Assembly (NCBI GenBank): GCA_038060895.1
Contig: JBBTCT010000001.1
Location: 128,001-192,000 of the forward strand
DNA: 64,000 nucleotides
From: Planctomycetota bacterium
Lineage (GTDB): Bacteria; Planctomycetota; MHYJ01; WSZJ01
Reading direction: 5' to 3'
This document shows positions 28,127 through 36,977 of this stretch, piece by piece. The notes under the pieces were generated by a model that searched no databases, was not told the origin of the DNA, and saw only the letters and a list, made by a program, of their open reading frames with translations. Position 1 is the first letter of the stretch. Each line of letters begins with the position of its first letter. The position numbers and the translations under genes are program-made.

Positions 28127-28465
28127 ATGACCCTGGAAGACTCGTTTGAGCGGCAATTCACACTGGATATCATTCGACCGGCGTTTGCAGCTCTACGCTG
28201 GCTGAATTCGGAACGATTCGGGAATTCAGCGACTATCAAGAACAGCATCGAGCACCTTGAAGCGGAGGTCGAGAAACTCTCGAAACTCCCCCTGAGATTC
28301 TCGTCGACCACGAAGGAGACGAATCGTCGGTGCCCCCACTGCGGGAGCGTGGGGCGTTCGCGCCCTCCGGAAGTTCCGTACTGTGACAAGTGCCTGGGCC
28401 TGGTGAGGTGTGGCCTGGACAAAGTTAGTTCACTCGAAGAAGGCTTCGGTACGGATGCGATCTGA
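28127..28465 (+). CDS. Hypothetical protein with a C-terminal zinc-ribbon-like CxxC...CxxC
   Basis: 'CPHC' and 'CDKC'; lower-GC codon usage than the flanks. Confidence 0.5.
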   Translation: MTLEDSFERQFTLDIIRPAFAALRWLNSERFGNSATIKNSIEHLEAEVEKLSKLPLRFSSTTKETNRRCPHCGSVGRSRPPEVPYCDKCLGLVRCGLDKVSSLEEGFGTDAI

Positions 28466-28517
28466 GTCGCCGGCAATGCAGGGAGTGCGGCTCTTCGGCG
28501 TGCGGTACAATGACTCC

Positions 28518-28805
28518 GTGCATTCGCTCACTCAGAATCAGGACTACAAGACGCAGGCCGAAGATACTTCGCCCGAAGCGGAGCGAATTCTGGTCGAAGC
28601 CTGGCGCCGGATGGCCCCTTGGCAGAAGATCGAGAGCGTCCTCCGGATAAATCGGGCATCCGACGACATCGCGACGGCCGGCATCCTGATGCGGCACCCG
28701 GGCGCGACGCCTGATGAAATTCGCCTTCGCCTGGCTGCGCTGCGACTGGATCGCGACACTATGGTGAAGGCCTTCGGCTGGGACCCGGAACGAAACGGGT
28801 ACTAG
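28518..28805 (+). CDS. Small helical protein, probable antitoxin partner of the downstream nucleotidyltransferase
   Basis: 'DTSPEAERILVEAWRRM.PWQK...GI..RHP.A...EIR..LA'; ends 4 nt before the NTase gene. Confidence 0.65.
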   Translation: MHSLTQNQDYKTQAEDTSPEAERILVEAWRRMAPWQKIESVLRINRASDDIATAGILMRHPGATPDEIRLRLAALRLDRDTMVKAFGWDPERNGY

Positions 28806-28809
28806 GGCA

Positions 28810-29388
28810 GTGCCTGACATCATCGACGTTACGGGCGATGTGGCTCACATTCTCACGGAGCTAGGGATCCGTCACGCCGTCGGTGGCTCGATGGCCTCGA
28901 TTCTCCATGGCGAACCGCGGCTCACACAGGATGTCGACTTCATCATCGAGCTTGGTGAGGCGAAAATCCCGGACGTCGTCCGCGCCTTCGGAAACGGGTA
29001 CTACATCGCCGAGCCAGCCGTCCGCGACGCGGTGCAGAGAAGCGCCTCATTCAACGTGATTCACCTGGCCACAATGCTGAAGGCCGACCTTTACGTTGCC
29101 GGGAGAAGCGTGCTTGACCCGTTGCAGATCGGGCGCGCGATCCCGATGAAGCTTCGAAAGGACTCCGCGGCCGAAATTCGGGTCAGCAGCGCAGAGGACA
29201 TCGTGCTCCGAAAACTTGAGTGGTATCGCAAGGGCCGGGAGGTAAGCGATCGGCAGTGGAGGGACATCTTGGGTGTGTTGAAAGTCTCCGGTGCCAGGCT
29301 CGACAGAAATTTCATGGCTACGACAGCCGAGGCCGCGGGCGTCACTGATCTGCTCGAACGGTCGATTCGTGAGGCGGGTCTGGCGTAG
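28810..29388 (+). CDS. Pol-beta superfamily nucleotidyltransferase (putative toxin-antitoxin component)
   Basis: 'AVGGSMAS..HGEPRLTQDVDF' (GS...DxD), 'SSAEDIVLRKLEWY', 'RQWRDI.GVL'. Confidence 0.8.
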   Translation: MPDIIDVTGDVAHILTELGIRHAVGGSMASILHGEPRLTQDVDFIIELGEAKIPDVVRAFGNGYYIAEPAVRDAVQRSASFNVIHLATMLKADLYVAGRSVLDPLQIGRAIPMKLRKDSAAEIRVSSAEDIVLRKLEWYRKGREVSDRQWRDILGVLKVSGARLDRNFMATTAEAAGVTDLLERSIREAGLA

Positions 29389-29403
29389 CCTGAATCGACC
29401 TGC

Positions 29404-30492
29404 CTACTTCGTCCTCTTGATCACGTGATACCCGAACGGCGTCTCCACCACGCCCGAGAGCTTCCCGACTTCCAGGTCCTTAAGTGCCTTTTCGAACTCG
29501 GGAACCATCGCGCCGGGGCCGAACGTGCCGAGGTCGCCGCCCTTGGACTTCGAAGGGCAGTCGCTGATTTCGCCCGCCACTTTCGCGAAGTCCTCACCTT
29601 CGGTCAGGCGCTTGATCAGCGCGTCGATCTCCTTCTTTGCGTCTTCCTTCGTGCGCGTGACGGACGGCGGACAGCGCATCGTTCCTTTCCAGCGGATGAG
29701 GATGTGGCTCGCGCGCCACTGCGGCGGTTTCGCGGCGTTCGCGATCTTCATGCCCTTGATCACGTGGAATCCGAAGGGCGTTTCGACGACTCCGGAAATT
29801 TCACCGGGGGCGAGCGCGAAGGCAACGTCCTCGAACGGGGGCGCCATCATGTTGCGCACAAATGTGCCGAGGTCGCCGCCTTTGGCCTTTGAGGAGCAGT
29901 CACTCATTTCACCGGCGACCTTGGCGAAATCCTCGCCTTTCGTGGTCACGGCCTGGTGGACTTTTTCGGCCAACTCCTTCGCTTCTTCCTTCGTTCGCGA
30001 AACCGTCGGTGCCGCCCGCTCGGCGCCTTTGTAGGCGATGAGGATGTGGGAAGCCGCAGCCTTGGCCGCGAGGCGCGAGGCGATCATGTAGCCCATGTCG
30101 CACTCGAAGATGTCGGAGACCTGGCCGAACTCCATGCCGCAGAGAGCGGCCTCGAGGGCGGGGATCGTGCAGTGCCCGACCGGGATGATGCCGACGCTTC
30201 CCCGCCCGCGAGGCTCGTCCGAGTACTTCTGGACGACGTCGAAGAACGAGCTCCCTTTCGCCCGGGCAGCCTTCAGCGCCTCGTCGGCCCGGGCTTTCGC
30301 TTCTTCCTTCGTCCGGGTGGCGTTCGGAAACGCCTTGGGCGCTCCCTTCCAGCCGATGATGACGACCGCGCCGGAAACTTCGTCGGGAGCCTCGGCGGGT
30401 TTCTTCGGCGACTTTGCGGGATCGGCCTCCGCATCCTCGGCGAAGGCGGGGGCTGCGAAACAGAGCAAAAGGGCGAGGGCGGCGAAGCGCAT
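29404..30492 (-). CDS. Exported parvulin-type peptidyl-prolyl isomerase with three PpiC domains
   Basis: Signal peptide; repeated 'ASHILI', 'SDC.SK.KGGDLG.F', 'ETPFG(F/Y)HVIK'; the first repeat is degenerate. Confidence 0.9.
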   Translation of the reverse strand: MRFAALALLLCFAAPAFAEDAEADPAKSPKKPAEAPDEVSGAVVIIGWKGAPKAFPNATRTKEEAKARADEALKAARAKGSSFFDVVQKYSDEPRGRGSVGIIPVGHCTIPALEAALCGMEFGQVSDIFECDMGYMIASRLAAKAAASHILIAYKGAERAAPTVSRTKEEAKELAEKVHQAVTTKGEDFAKVAGEMSDCSSKAKGGDLGTFVRNMMAPPFEDVAFALAPGEISGVVETPFGFHVIKGMKIANAAKPPQWRASHILIRWKGTMRCPPSVTRTKEDAKKEIDALIKRLTEGEDFAKVAGEISDCPSKSKGGDLGTFGPGAMVPEFEKALKDLEVGKLSGVVETPFGYHVIKRTK

Positions 30493-30596
30493 GGGGCCTC
30501 CGATTTCGGTGAGTTTATGGTGCCGGGCGGCCCGGAATGATACGGGGGAGCGCCTGCGTCGGGAATAAACGGCCGGCCGGGCGGCGATATTCCCTT

Positions 30597-31688
30597 CTAT
30601 CCAGCAGTGACGGAGTCCGGGCCTGCGCCGGAAGCGCGGGTCGAAGCGCGGCTGCGGAAGCGATCCTCCACACGCGCGAGCCCGGCTTCCAGTTCTTCCG
30701 CGCCGCTGACGACTTCGAGATCGACGCCGAGGACCCAGACGGGAACGGTCCAGTCCCTCTCGGAAAGCCGCGCGGCGTCCTTTTCCGTCGTGACGAGCGC
30801 GTCCACTTCAAGCTCGCGGCCCTCAGCCTCGAGGCCATCCAGCTCGACTTCGCTGTAGCGGTGGTGATCCGGGAATGCGCGGAACGCGTTGAGCCGGGCT
30901 TTCTGGCCACGGAGCGTCGCTTCAAATCCCCGCGGGTTGCCCAGGCCGCAGAATCCGAGGATGCGTTTGCCGTGGAGTGACTCGGCCGCAGAACTGCCGC
31001 CGAGCGTGCGCGGGGCGCGGGGGCGGTGGACGGCGGCGGCGGTCGGGCGGCCGCCGGAGACGCTTCCCAGGTGGGCGCGCAAAAGAGCGAGCTCGCCGGC
31101 ATCGAGCATGTCGGCGCGCGACACGACGATGACGTCGGCGCGCTTGAGGCCGTGCGGCGACTCGCGCAGGCACCCGCGCGGGAAAAGCCTGCCGTTCCCG
31201 AAAGGCGCGGAGGCGTCGACCATCGCGATGTTGAAATCGCGGTGCAGGCGCAGATCGTGGAATCCGTCGTCGAGGACCGCTGCGTCGCACCCGTCGGCAA
31301 ACGCCTGGCTCGCCAGCGCCAGGCGGTCCCGCCCCGTGTACCGCTTCCCCGCCCCGAATCGCTCGTCATCGACTCCGCCGACTTCCAGGCCGTACCCGCG
31401 CGACACGACCGCAACTTTCAGCCCCTTCGACTCCAGCCGCCGCGTCAGCATCTCGACCATCGGCGTTTTGCCCGTGCCGCCGAGCGTGATGTTGCCGACG
31501 CCGATCACAGGGCCCGAGAGGCGGTGGCGGCTCTTCAGGCCCAGCGCAAACGCCGCGCTCCGGATCGCCAGCGCGCCGCCGTAGAGGGCGGAAGCGGCCG
31601 AAAGGGCGGCGCGCGAGCACGCCGCGCCGAGTCCGGTGCGACGGCCGGTAACGAGGTCGAACCAGGCGCGTTGGCTGGCAGGAGACAT
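30597..31688 (-). CDS. lpxK: Tetraacyldisaccharide 4'-kinase
   Basis: 'PVIGVGNITLGGTGKTP', 'SRGYG', 'LDDGF', 'GNGRLFPRG.LRE', 'GLGNP..F', 'FPDHH', 'TTEKDA'. Confidence 0.93.
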   Translation of the reverse strand: MSPASQRAWFDLVTGRRTGLGAACSRAALSAASALYGGALAIRSAAFALGLKSRHRLSGPVIGVGNITLGGTGKTPMVEMLTRRLESKGLKVAVVSRGYGLEVGGVDDERFGAGKRYTGRDRLALASQAFADGCDAAVLDDGFHDLRLHRDFNIAMVDASAPFGNGRLFPRGCLRESPHGLKRADVIVVSRADMLDAGELALLRAHLGSVSGGRPTAAAVHRPRAPRTLGGSSAAESLHGKRILGFCGLGNPRGFEATLRGQKARLNAFRAFPDHHRYSEVELDGLEAEGRELEVDALVTTEKDAARLSERDWTVPVWVLGVDLEVVSGAEELEAGLARVEDRFRSRASTRASGAGPDSVTAG

Positions 31689-31798
31689 GAGGGCCTCATT
31701 GTATATCGGCAGGCGGGCGTGATTCGAGTTGGGAGTTGCGAGTGGCGAGGAACAACTTTTCCGTCGGACGGAACCCGGTGCTAACCTCTCGCGCTGGC

Positions 31799-34129
31799 AT
31801 GAAAACGAGCTCCCTCTTGCTGGCGTCGTTCCTCGCCATCGCCGCGGGCGCGGAAGAGCCGCGCGAATGGCTGGTCGTGGGGCCGGTCAAGGGGAAGGGC
31901 CGGAGTCTGGTCAGCGCGGATGCGATCGGCGAGATGATGTTCGGGGCGGAGTCGCCGCGGTACCCGAAGAAGGGGGACAAGCTCGGCGACCTCGAGTGGA
32001 AGGCGATGACCGCGAACGCCGAGGGATACATCGAGGCGGAAGAACTGGCGCCGGGCGCCGCGATGACCGTCGTGACGTCGGATTCGGACCGGGTCGCGAT
32101 CCTGAGGTGCCCCGGGGCGGGGACCGTCTACGTGAATGGCGTTGCCTTTGCCGCCGACCTGTATTCATCCGGGGTCGAGGGCGTGCCGGTTTTCCTCCGC
32201 AAGGGCGAGAACCGCATCCTCTGCCGGGCCGGGCGCGGCGTGCTGGGGCTGTTTGCGTCGGATCCGCCCGCGCCGGTCTACATCGCGGACAAGGACGAAA
32301 CGCTCCCCTGGCGCATGTTCGGCGTCAACCAGGGGACCTGGGGCGCGGCGCCGATCGTGAACGCGACCCACGAGTGGGTGCGCGGGGCGACCCTCGAATA
32401 CGGCAAGGTCAGAGCGCCGCTCCCGCCTCTTCCTCCGCTCTCCGTTTACAAGGCGCCGTTCCTCGTGGGCCAAGGGGAAGAAGTCACGCTCCGCGTCGTC
32501 TTCGGCAAGAGCACGCACTCGCGCACGTGGAAACTCTTCACCCCCGAAAAACCCGGCGGCTTCCAGCGGACCTTCCGCTCGAAAATCGACAGGTCTGTGC
32601 AATCTTTCGGCGAATTGCGCCCGGCGAATTTCGACTCGAAGAGAGAAGTCGCCCTCGTCCTGTCGCTTCACGGCGCAGGAGTCGGTGCCGACGGGCAGTC
32701 GCGCTCCTACGCGGCCCAGGACTGGTTCGCGCTGGTCGCTCCCACGAACCGAAGGCCGTTCGGCTTCAACTGGGAAGAGTGGGGGCGCCTGGACGGGCTC
32801 GAAGTGCTGGAGCAGGGGAAAAAGGATTTCAAGGTCGACGAGTCGCGGATCTACCTGACCGGCCACTCGATGGGCGGCCACGGCGCCTGGCACTTCGCCG
32901 TCACGCACCCGGACCGCTGGGCAGCCGTCGCGCCGTCCGCCGCATGGGTCAGCATCTGGACCTACCCCGCCGCGGGCCGCGACCCCGCGGCCGACTACGG
33001 CCGCCTCTTCCGCGCCTCCGCCGCGCCCTCCGACACGATGGCGCTTCTGCGAAACCTCGACGGCCTCCCCGTCTTCATCCTGCACGGCCTCGACGACGAC
33101 GTCGTCCCGCCGGCGCAGGCGGATCTGATGGTGGAAGCGCTGAAGCCGTTCCACAAAGACTGGCGCTATGTCCCGGTCGAAGGAAAGAAGCACTGGTGGA
33201 ACGCGCTGGAGACGCCCGAGGTGGACTGCGTCCAGCTCCCGGAGATGTTCGACTGGATGCAGGCGCGGCGGCGGCCGGACAGTCTCGCGCGCTGGGAGTT
33301 CCGGACGTTTTCGCCCGCCGTGTCCTCGAGCTGCCGGGGCGTCGAGATCCTCGCCCAGAAGCGGCCGTACGGCCTGTCTCGCGTAAAGGCGACCGAAGAC
33401 GACCTGGGGAAGCGCCTCTTCGAGACGGAGAACGTCGTTCATCTCCGTGTCAAGTCACCGCGCGAGTTCATGCTCGACGGTGAAGCGATGAAATCGGGCG
33501 AGTTCCATAAGGGCGCCGACGGGAAATGGACCACGGGTGCGCCCGCCGGCCTGCGCAAGACCCCGAAACTCCAGGGTCCCTTCACGCAGGCCTTCCACAC
33601 CCCGTTCCTTCTCGTCACGCCGACGGGCGGCACCGAGTCAGAAATCGCCGACGCGGTCGCGCGCGCCCGCTTCGACGCCCAGGTCTGGTGGTATCGCGGA
33701 AACGGGCGCGCGACGGTGGTGACGGACGCCGAGGTCTCGGCGAAGGACTGGAAGAGCCTCAACCTGATTCTGTACGGCAGCGCGGAGTCGAACGGCTGCT
33801 GGAAGAGAATCGCCGACCGCCTGCCTTTCCGCGCGTCGCCGGGCGAGATCACGATCGGCAACGACGTCCTGAAGGGCGACCTGGCTCTCACCGCGGTCTA
33901 CCCGAATCCGGAAGTGCCGGCGCATCTCGTGGCGGTGATCGGCGCGAGCGGGGCCGGCGGAAGGCGTGCCTGGCATGCGATGGGTTTCTGGCATCCCGAC
34001 ACGGGTTCGCCGGACGTGATGTGCTGGGGTGCGGACATCCATGAGAAGTGGCTGGATTCGATCCGGGCGGTGGGGCACTACGGGGCGGACTGGAAACCGG
34101 CAGAGGGGATGTGGGAAGTGAAGCGCTAG
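31799..34129 (+). CDS. Secreted alpha/beta-hydrolase (prolyl oligopeptidase/esterase-like)
   Basis: Signal peptide; 'LSLHGAG', 'RIYLTGHSMGGHG', 'LHG..DDVVP', 'HWW'. Confidence 0.82.
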   Translation: MKTSSLLLASFLAIAAGAEEPREWLVVGPVKGKGRSLVSADAIGEMMFGAESPRYPKKGDKLGDLEWKAMTANAEGYIEAEELAPGAAMTVVTSDSDRVAILRCPGAGTVYVNGVAFAADLYSSGVEGVPVFLRKGENRILCRAGRGVLGLFASDPPAPVYIADKDETLPWRMFGVNQGTWGAAPIVNATHEWVRGATLEYGKVRAPLPPLPPLSVYKAPFLVGQGEEVTLRVVFGKSTHSRTWKLFTPEKPGGFQRTFRSKIDRSVQSFGELRPANFDSKREVALVLSLHGAGVGADGQSRSYAAQDWFALVAPTNRRPFGFNWEEWGRLDGLEVLEQGKKDFKVDESRIYLTGHSMGGHGAWHFAVTHPDRWAAVAPSAAWVSIWTYPAAGRDPAADYGRLFRASAAPSDTMALLRNLDGLPVFILHGLDDDVVPPAQADLMVEALKPFHKDWRYVPVEGKKHWWNALETPEVDCVQLPEMFDWMQARRRPDSLARWEFRTFSPAVSSSCRGVEILAQKRPYGLSRVKATEDDLGKRLFETENVVHLRVKSPREFMLDGEAMKSGEFHKGADGKWTTGAPAGLRKTPKLQGPFTQAFHTPFLLVTPTGGTESEIADAVARARFDAQVWWYRGNGRATVVTDAEVSAKDWKSLNLILYGSAESNGCWKRIADRLPFRASPGEITIGNDVLKGDLALTAVYPNPEVPAHLVAVIGASGAGGRRAWHAMGFWHPDTGSPDVMCWGADIHEKWLDSIRAVGHYGADWKPAEGMWEVKR

Positions 34130-34190
34130 CGCCCCCCCACCTCAGTTTCTACCTTGACCTGCGCCGCCAACGGCGCGACAACCTCTATTC

Positions 34191-36344
34191 ATGCGTTCCC
34201 TCCCCTTGATCCTCGCGCTGAGCTTTTTCGCCGGTTGTGCCGGCGACTCCGGCTCACCGAAGGATCCATCCCGTGACCGCGAAGCGGCGCCGCCTCCCCG
34301 CCCGGAGCCCGCGCCGCCCCTGGCCGATCCCGGGCCCGGGGATCCGGAGCCCGGTCCCGCGCCTGCGCCGGAACCGGCGCCGGCCTCCGCGCCGCGCATC
34401 GTCGCACACACGATCACGCTCTCGCTCGACCCCGCGACGCACGCGATCGAGGCGAGCGACGTCATTGAGCTTGAGGGCGCGGGCACGCGTTCGCTCGACT
34501 TCGACCTGAACCCTGGATTCAAGATCACCTCGGCGGCGTTCGGGCGCCTGGCCGCCGAATCGAAATTCCACGACGGCTCCTTGCACGTCGAGTTTCCCGC
34601 GGCCTCCGGGGAACACTTCACCGTCACGATCGCCTACAAGGGCACTCTTCACGACCCGCCCCACCGCGACGAGGTCCGCTTCGTCGTCGGCGAGAAATGT
34701 AACGGCACCATCCAGGCCGAAGGCGCGTTCCTGCCGGGCTCGGCGGAGTGGTACCCGGACATCGCCGGCTCCATGGCGCGCTTCACCGTCACCGCAAGGG
34801 TCCCCGAGGACTGGGAAGTCATCGGCCAGGGCGCGCGCCACGACTACGACCCGAAGACGAGGCGCGCGACGTGGTGCGACCCGGTCCCGGCCGACCGGCT
34901 CGACGTCGTTGCGGGACCGTACGTTGCCGAAGAGCTGAAAGTCGGCCGCGTCACAGTGCGCTCGTACTTCTTCAAGGAAGACGCTTCGCAGGCGGAAACC
35001 TACCGCAAGGCCGCCGCGGACTGGATCGATCACTGGTCGAAACTTCTCGGTCCCTACCCTTACGACGACTTCTCCATCGTCGAAAACTTCTTCTCCACCG
35101 GCTACGGCATGCCGGCCTTCACTCTCCTCGGGCAGGACGTCATCCGCATGGGCCCCCGCTACCTCATGGAAGGCGGCCTCGGCCACGAAGTCCTCCATTG
35201 CTGGTGGGGAAACGGCGTTTTCATCGAGGGCGGCAACTGGTGCGAAGCCGCCACCACCTATTGCTCCAACTACCACTGGATCGAGTTCACGCAGGACGAA
35301 GCCGCCGCCCGCAGGTACCGCCGCCACCAGGCCGTCCGCTTCTCGATGCACGTCACCTTCGAAAACGATTACCCCGTCCGCGAATTCCGCGGCAAGGTCA
35401 ACGAGGTCGACAACGAAATCGGCTACGGCAAAGGCTCCATGCTCTTCCACCTCGCCCGCCGCCAGATCGGCGACCGTCCCTTCTGGCTCGCCCTCCGCCG
35501 CGTCTTCAAGGAGAAACTGGGCGCTCGCGCTTCCTGGGACGACTTCCGGAAGACGATGGAAGCGGAGTCCGGCGAGGACTTGTCGAAATTGTTCACGGCG
35601 TGGCTTGACGAGGAAGGCGCTCCGGAAATGACGCTGGCGAGGTCGGAGAAGGGCCTGAAGCTGCGCGTCGCCGGGCCGCTGCGCGACCTCAAGGTGCGCG
35701 TCCGGACGACGCTTCCGTCGGGACCGGTGGACGACGAAGTGCAGGTCAAGGACCGCGTCGCCGAATGGACGATCCCGGCGACGGCGACGCGCGTCGAGGT
35801 CGATCCCGATTTCGACGTTTTCCGCCGCCTGTCCGCGGCCGAGCTTCCCCTCTGCCTGAACCGCGTCGTCGTCGCGCCGAAGAAAGCCGTCATCATTCCC
35901 GACGGGGACGTGGCCCCGTATGTGGAGTTGCTCATGCGCCTGGAAGGCTGGGAGCAGATCAAGGGAGCGGAAGCGACGGCGGCGAACCTGTCCGGGAAAT
36001 CGGTGCTGGTCCTCGGCGGCCCCGACACGAATGCGCTGTCGAAAAGGTGGGCGGCCGATGGAAAGTTGAAATTCGCGAACATCGAAGTCCGCGCGGACGG
36101 CTGGACGGCGGACAACGAGGAAGTAAAGCTCGGGCAGGATCGCGGCGTGCTCGTTTCATTCGCGTCGCCGGACGATGCGGCGCAGCAGGCGGCGCTTTTC
36201 TTCCCCGCCAGCCGGGCCGCGACCAAGCCGTCGCGGCTTCTCCTCTACTACGCCTGGGACTCCTGGCTCGTCTGGCGGGACGGCAAGATCGCGGCGCGCG
36301 GCGACTTCCCCGTCGCCAACCCGCTCGCGATCGACCTGAAATAG
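34191..36344 (+). CDS. Lipoprotein M1-family aminopeptidase
   Basis: Lipobox 'FAGC'; 'GYGMP', 'HEVLHCWWGN', 'NWCE', 'GYGKG.M.F'. Confidence 0.85.
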   Translation: MRSLPLILALSFFAGCAGDSGSPKDPSRDREAAPPPRPEPAPPLADPGPGDPEPGPAPAPEPAPASAPRIVAHTITLSLDPATHAIEASDVIELEGAGTRSLDFDLNPGFKITSAAFGRLAAESKFHDGSLHVEFPAASGEHFTVTIAYKGTLHDPPHRDEVRFVVGEKCNGTIQAEGAFLPGSAEWYPDIAGSMARFTVTARVPEDWEVIGQGARHDYDPKTRRATWCDPVPADRLDVVAGPYVAEELKVGRVTVRSYFFKEDASQAETYRKAAADWIDHWSKLLGPYPYDDFSIVENFFSTGYGMPAFTLLGQDVIRMGPRYLMEGGLGHEVLHCWWGNGVFIEGGNWCEAATTYCSNYHWIEFTQDEAAARRYRRHQAVRFSMHVTFENDYPVREFRGKVNEVDNEIGYGKGSMLFHLARRQIGDRPFWLALRRVFKEKLGARASWDDFRKTMEAESGEDLSKLFTAWLDEEGAPEMTLARSEKGLKLRVAGPLRDLKVRVRTTLPSGPVDDEVQVKDRVAEWTIPATATRVEVDPDFDVFRRLSAAELPLCLNRVVVAPKKAVIIPDGDVAPYVELLMRLEGWEQIKGAEATAANLSGKSVLVLGGPDTNALSKRWAADGKLKFANIEVRADGWTADNEEVKLGQDRGVLVSFASPDDAAQQAALFFPASRAATKPSRLLLYYAWDSWLVWRDGKIAARGDFPVANPLAIDLK

Positions 36345-36351
36345 GCGCCGC

Positions 36352-36771
36352 GTGCAAGCCACCTGCACCGAGGGAAAGCAGCGCGAGCTCGAGATCTCCG
36401 CAAGCGCCGAGGAATGGCTCGCATTCGCAGACCTGCTCGACACCGCATCCGGCGCGGTCAGGTTCGCAGGCCGGCCCGCAAAATCGCCGCGCGAGTTTCC
36501 GCTGCGCGCGATCCTGATCCGAAGCGAAGACCGCCCGAAACTCCTGATCAGCATCGATCCCGCCGCAATCGACGCTTCTATCGCAGGCCGGCCCGAGCAC
36601 CTGGAGCACTTCGCCCGCGTCGTCCGCCTGTTCGCGCAGAAGTCCCGGCGAGGCCAGGCAGACCCGATCGAGAACCGCGGCCCCGACCATTTCATTGATC
36701 CGGAGAGCGTCCTGACGCTGTTTCACCTGGGCGGGGAGGATGCGCCACGCATGGGGGATGTTGGCGGGTGA
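36352..36771 (+). CDS. Hypothetical protein (possibly Imm32-like)
   Basis: Clean ORF directly after the aminopeptidase with 'ELEISASAEEW..FADLL'; the family call is tentative. Confidence 0.45.
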   Translation: MQATCTEGKQRELEISASAEEWLAFADLLDTASGAVRFAGRPAKSPREFPLRAILIRSEDRPKLLISIDPAAIDASIAGRPEHLEHFARVVRLFAQKSRRGQADPIENRGPDHFIDPESVLTLFHLGGEDAPRMGDVGG

Positions 36772-36772
36772 A

Positions 36773-36939
36773 GCAGGCGGGCAGGCGGGCAGGCGGGCAG
36801 GCGGGCAGGCGGGCAGGCGGGCAGGCCAAATGCAAACGACGCCCAATTGTCGGTTAGTCGTTCTTTTTCGCCCGCTCGCCCGCCCGCCCGCTCGCCCGCT
36901 CGCCCGCTCGCCCGCTCGCCCGCTCGCCCGCTCGCCCGC
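36773..36939. repeat. Opposed 8-bp tandem arrays (GCAGGCGG)n ... (CGCCCGCT)n forming an imperfect hairpin
   Basis: About 7 copies of GCAGGCGG, then an AT-richer spacer with an AACGAC/GTCGTT stem, then about 8 copies of CGCCCGCT. The units pair through GCGGGC/GCCCGC. Confidence 0.9.
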
Positions 36940-36977
36940 GTCCTTGACTCTCACAGCCATTCGGCGACCCTCACTCT

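Noticed and set aside
36773-36939. CRISPR array
   Set aside because: The units are contiguous 8-mers with no unique spacers, and there are no cas genes in the window.
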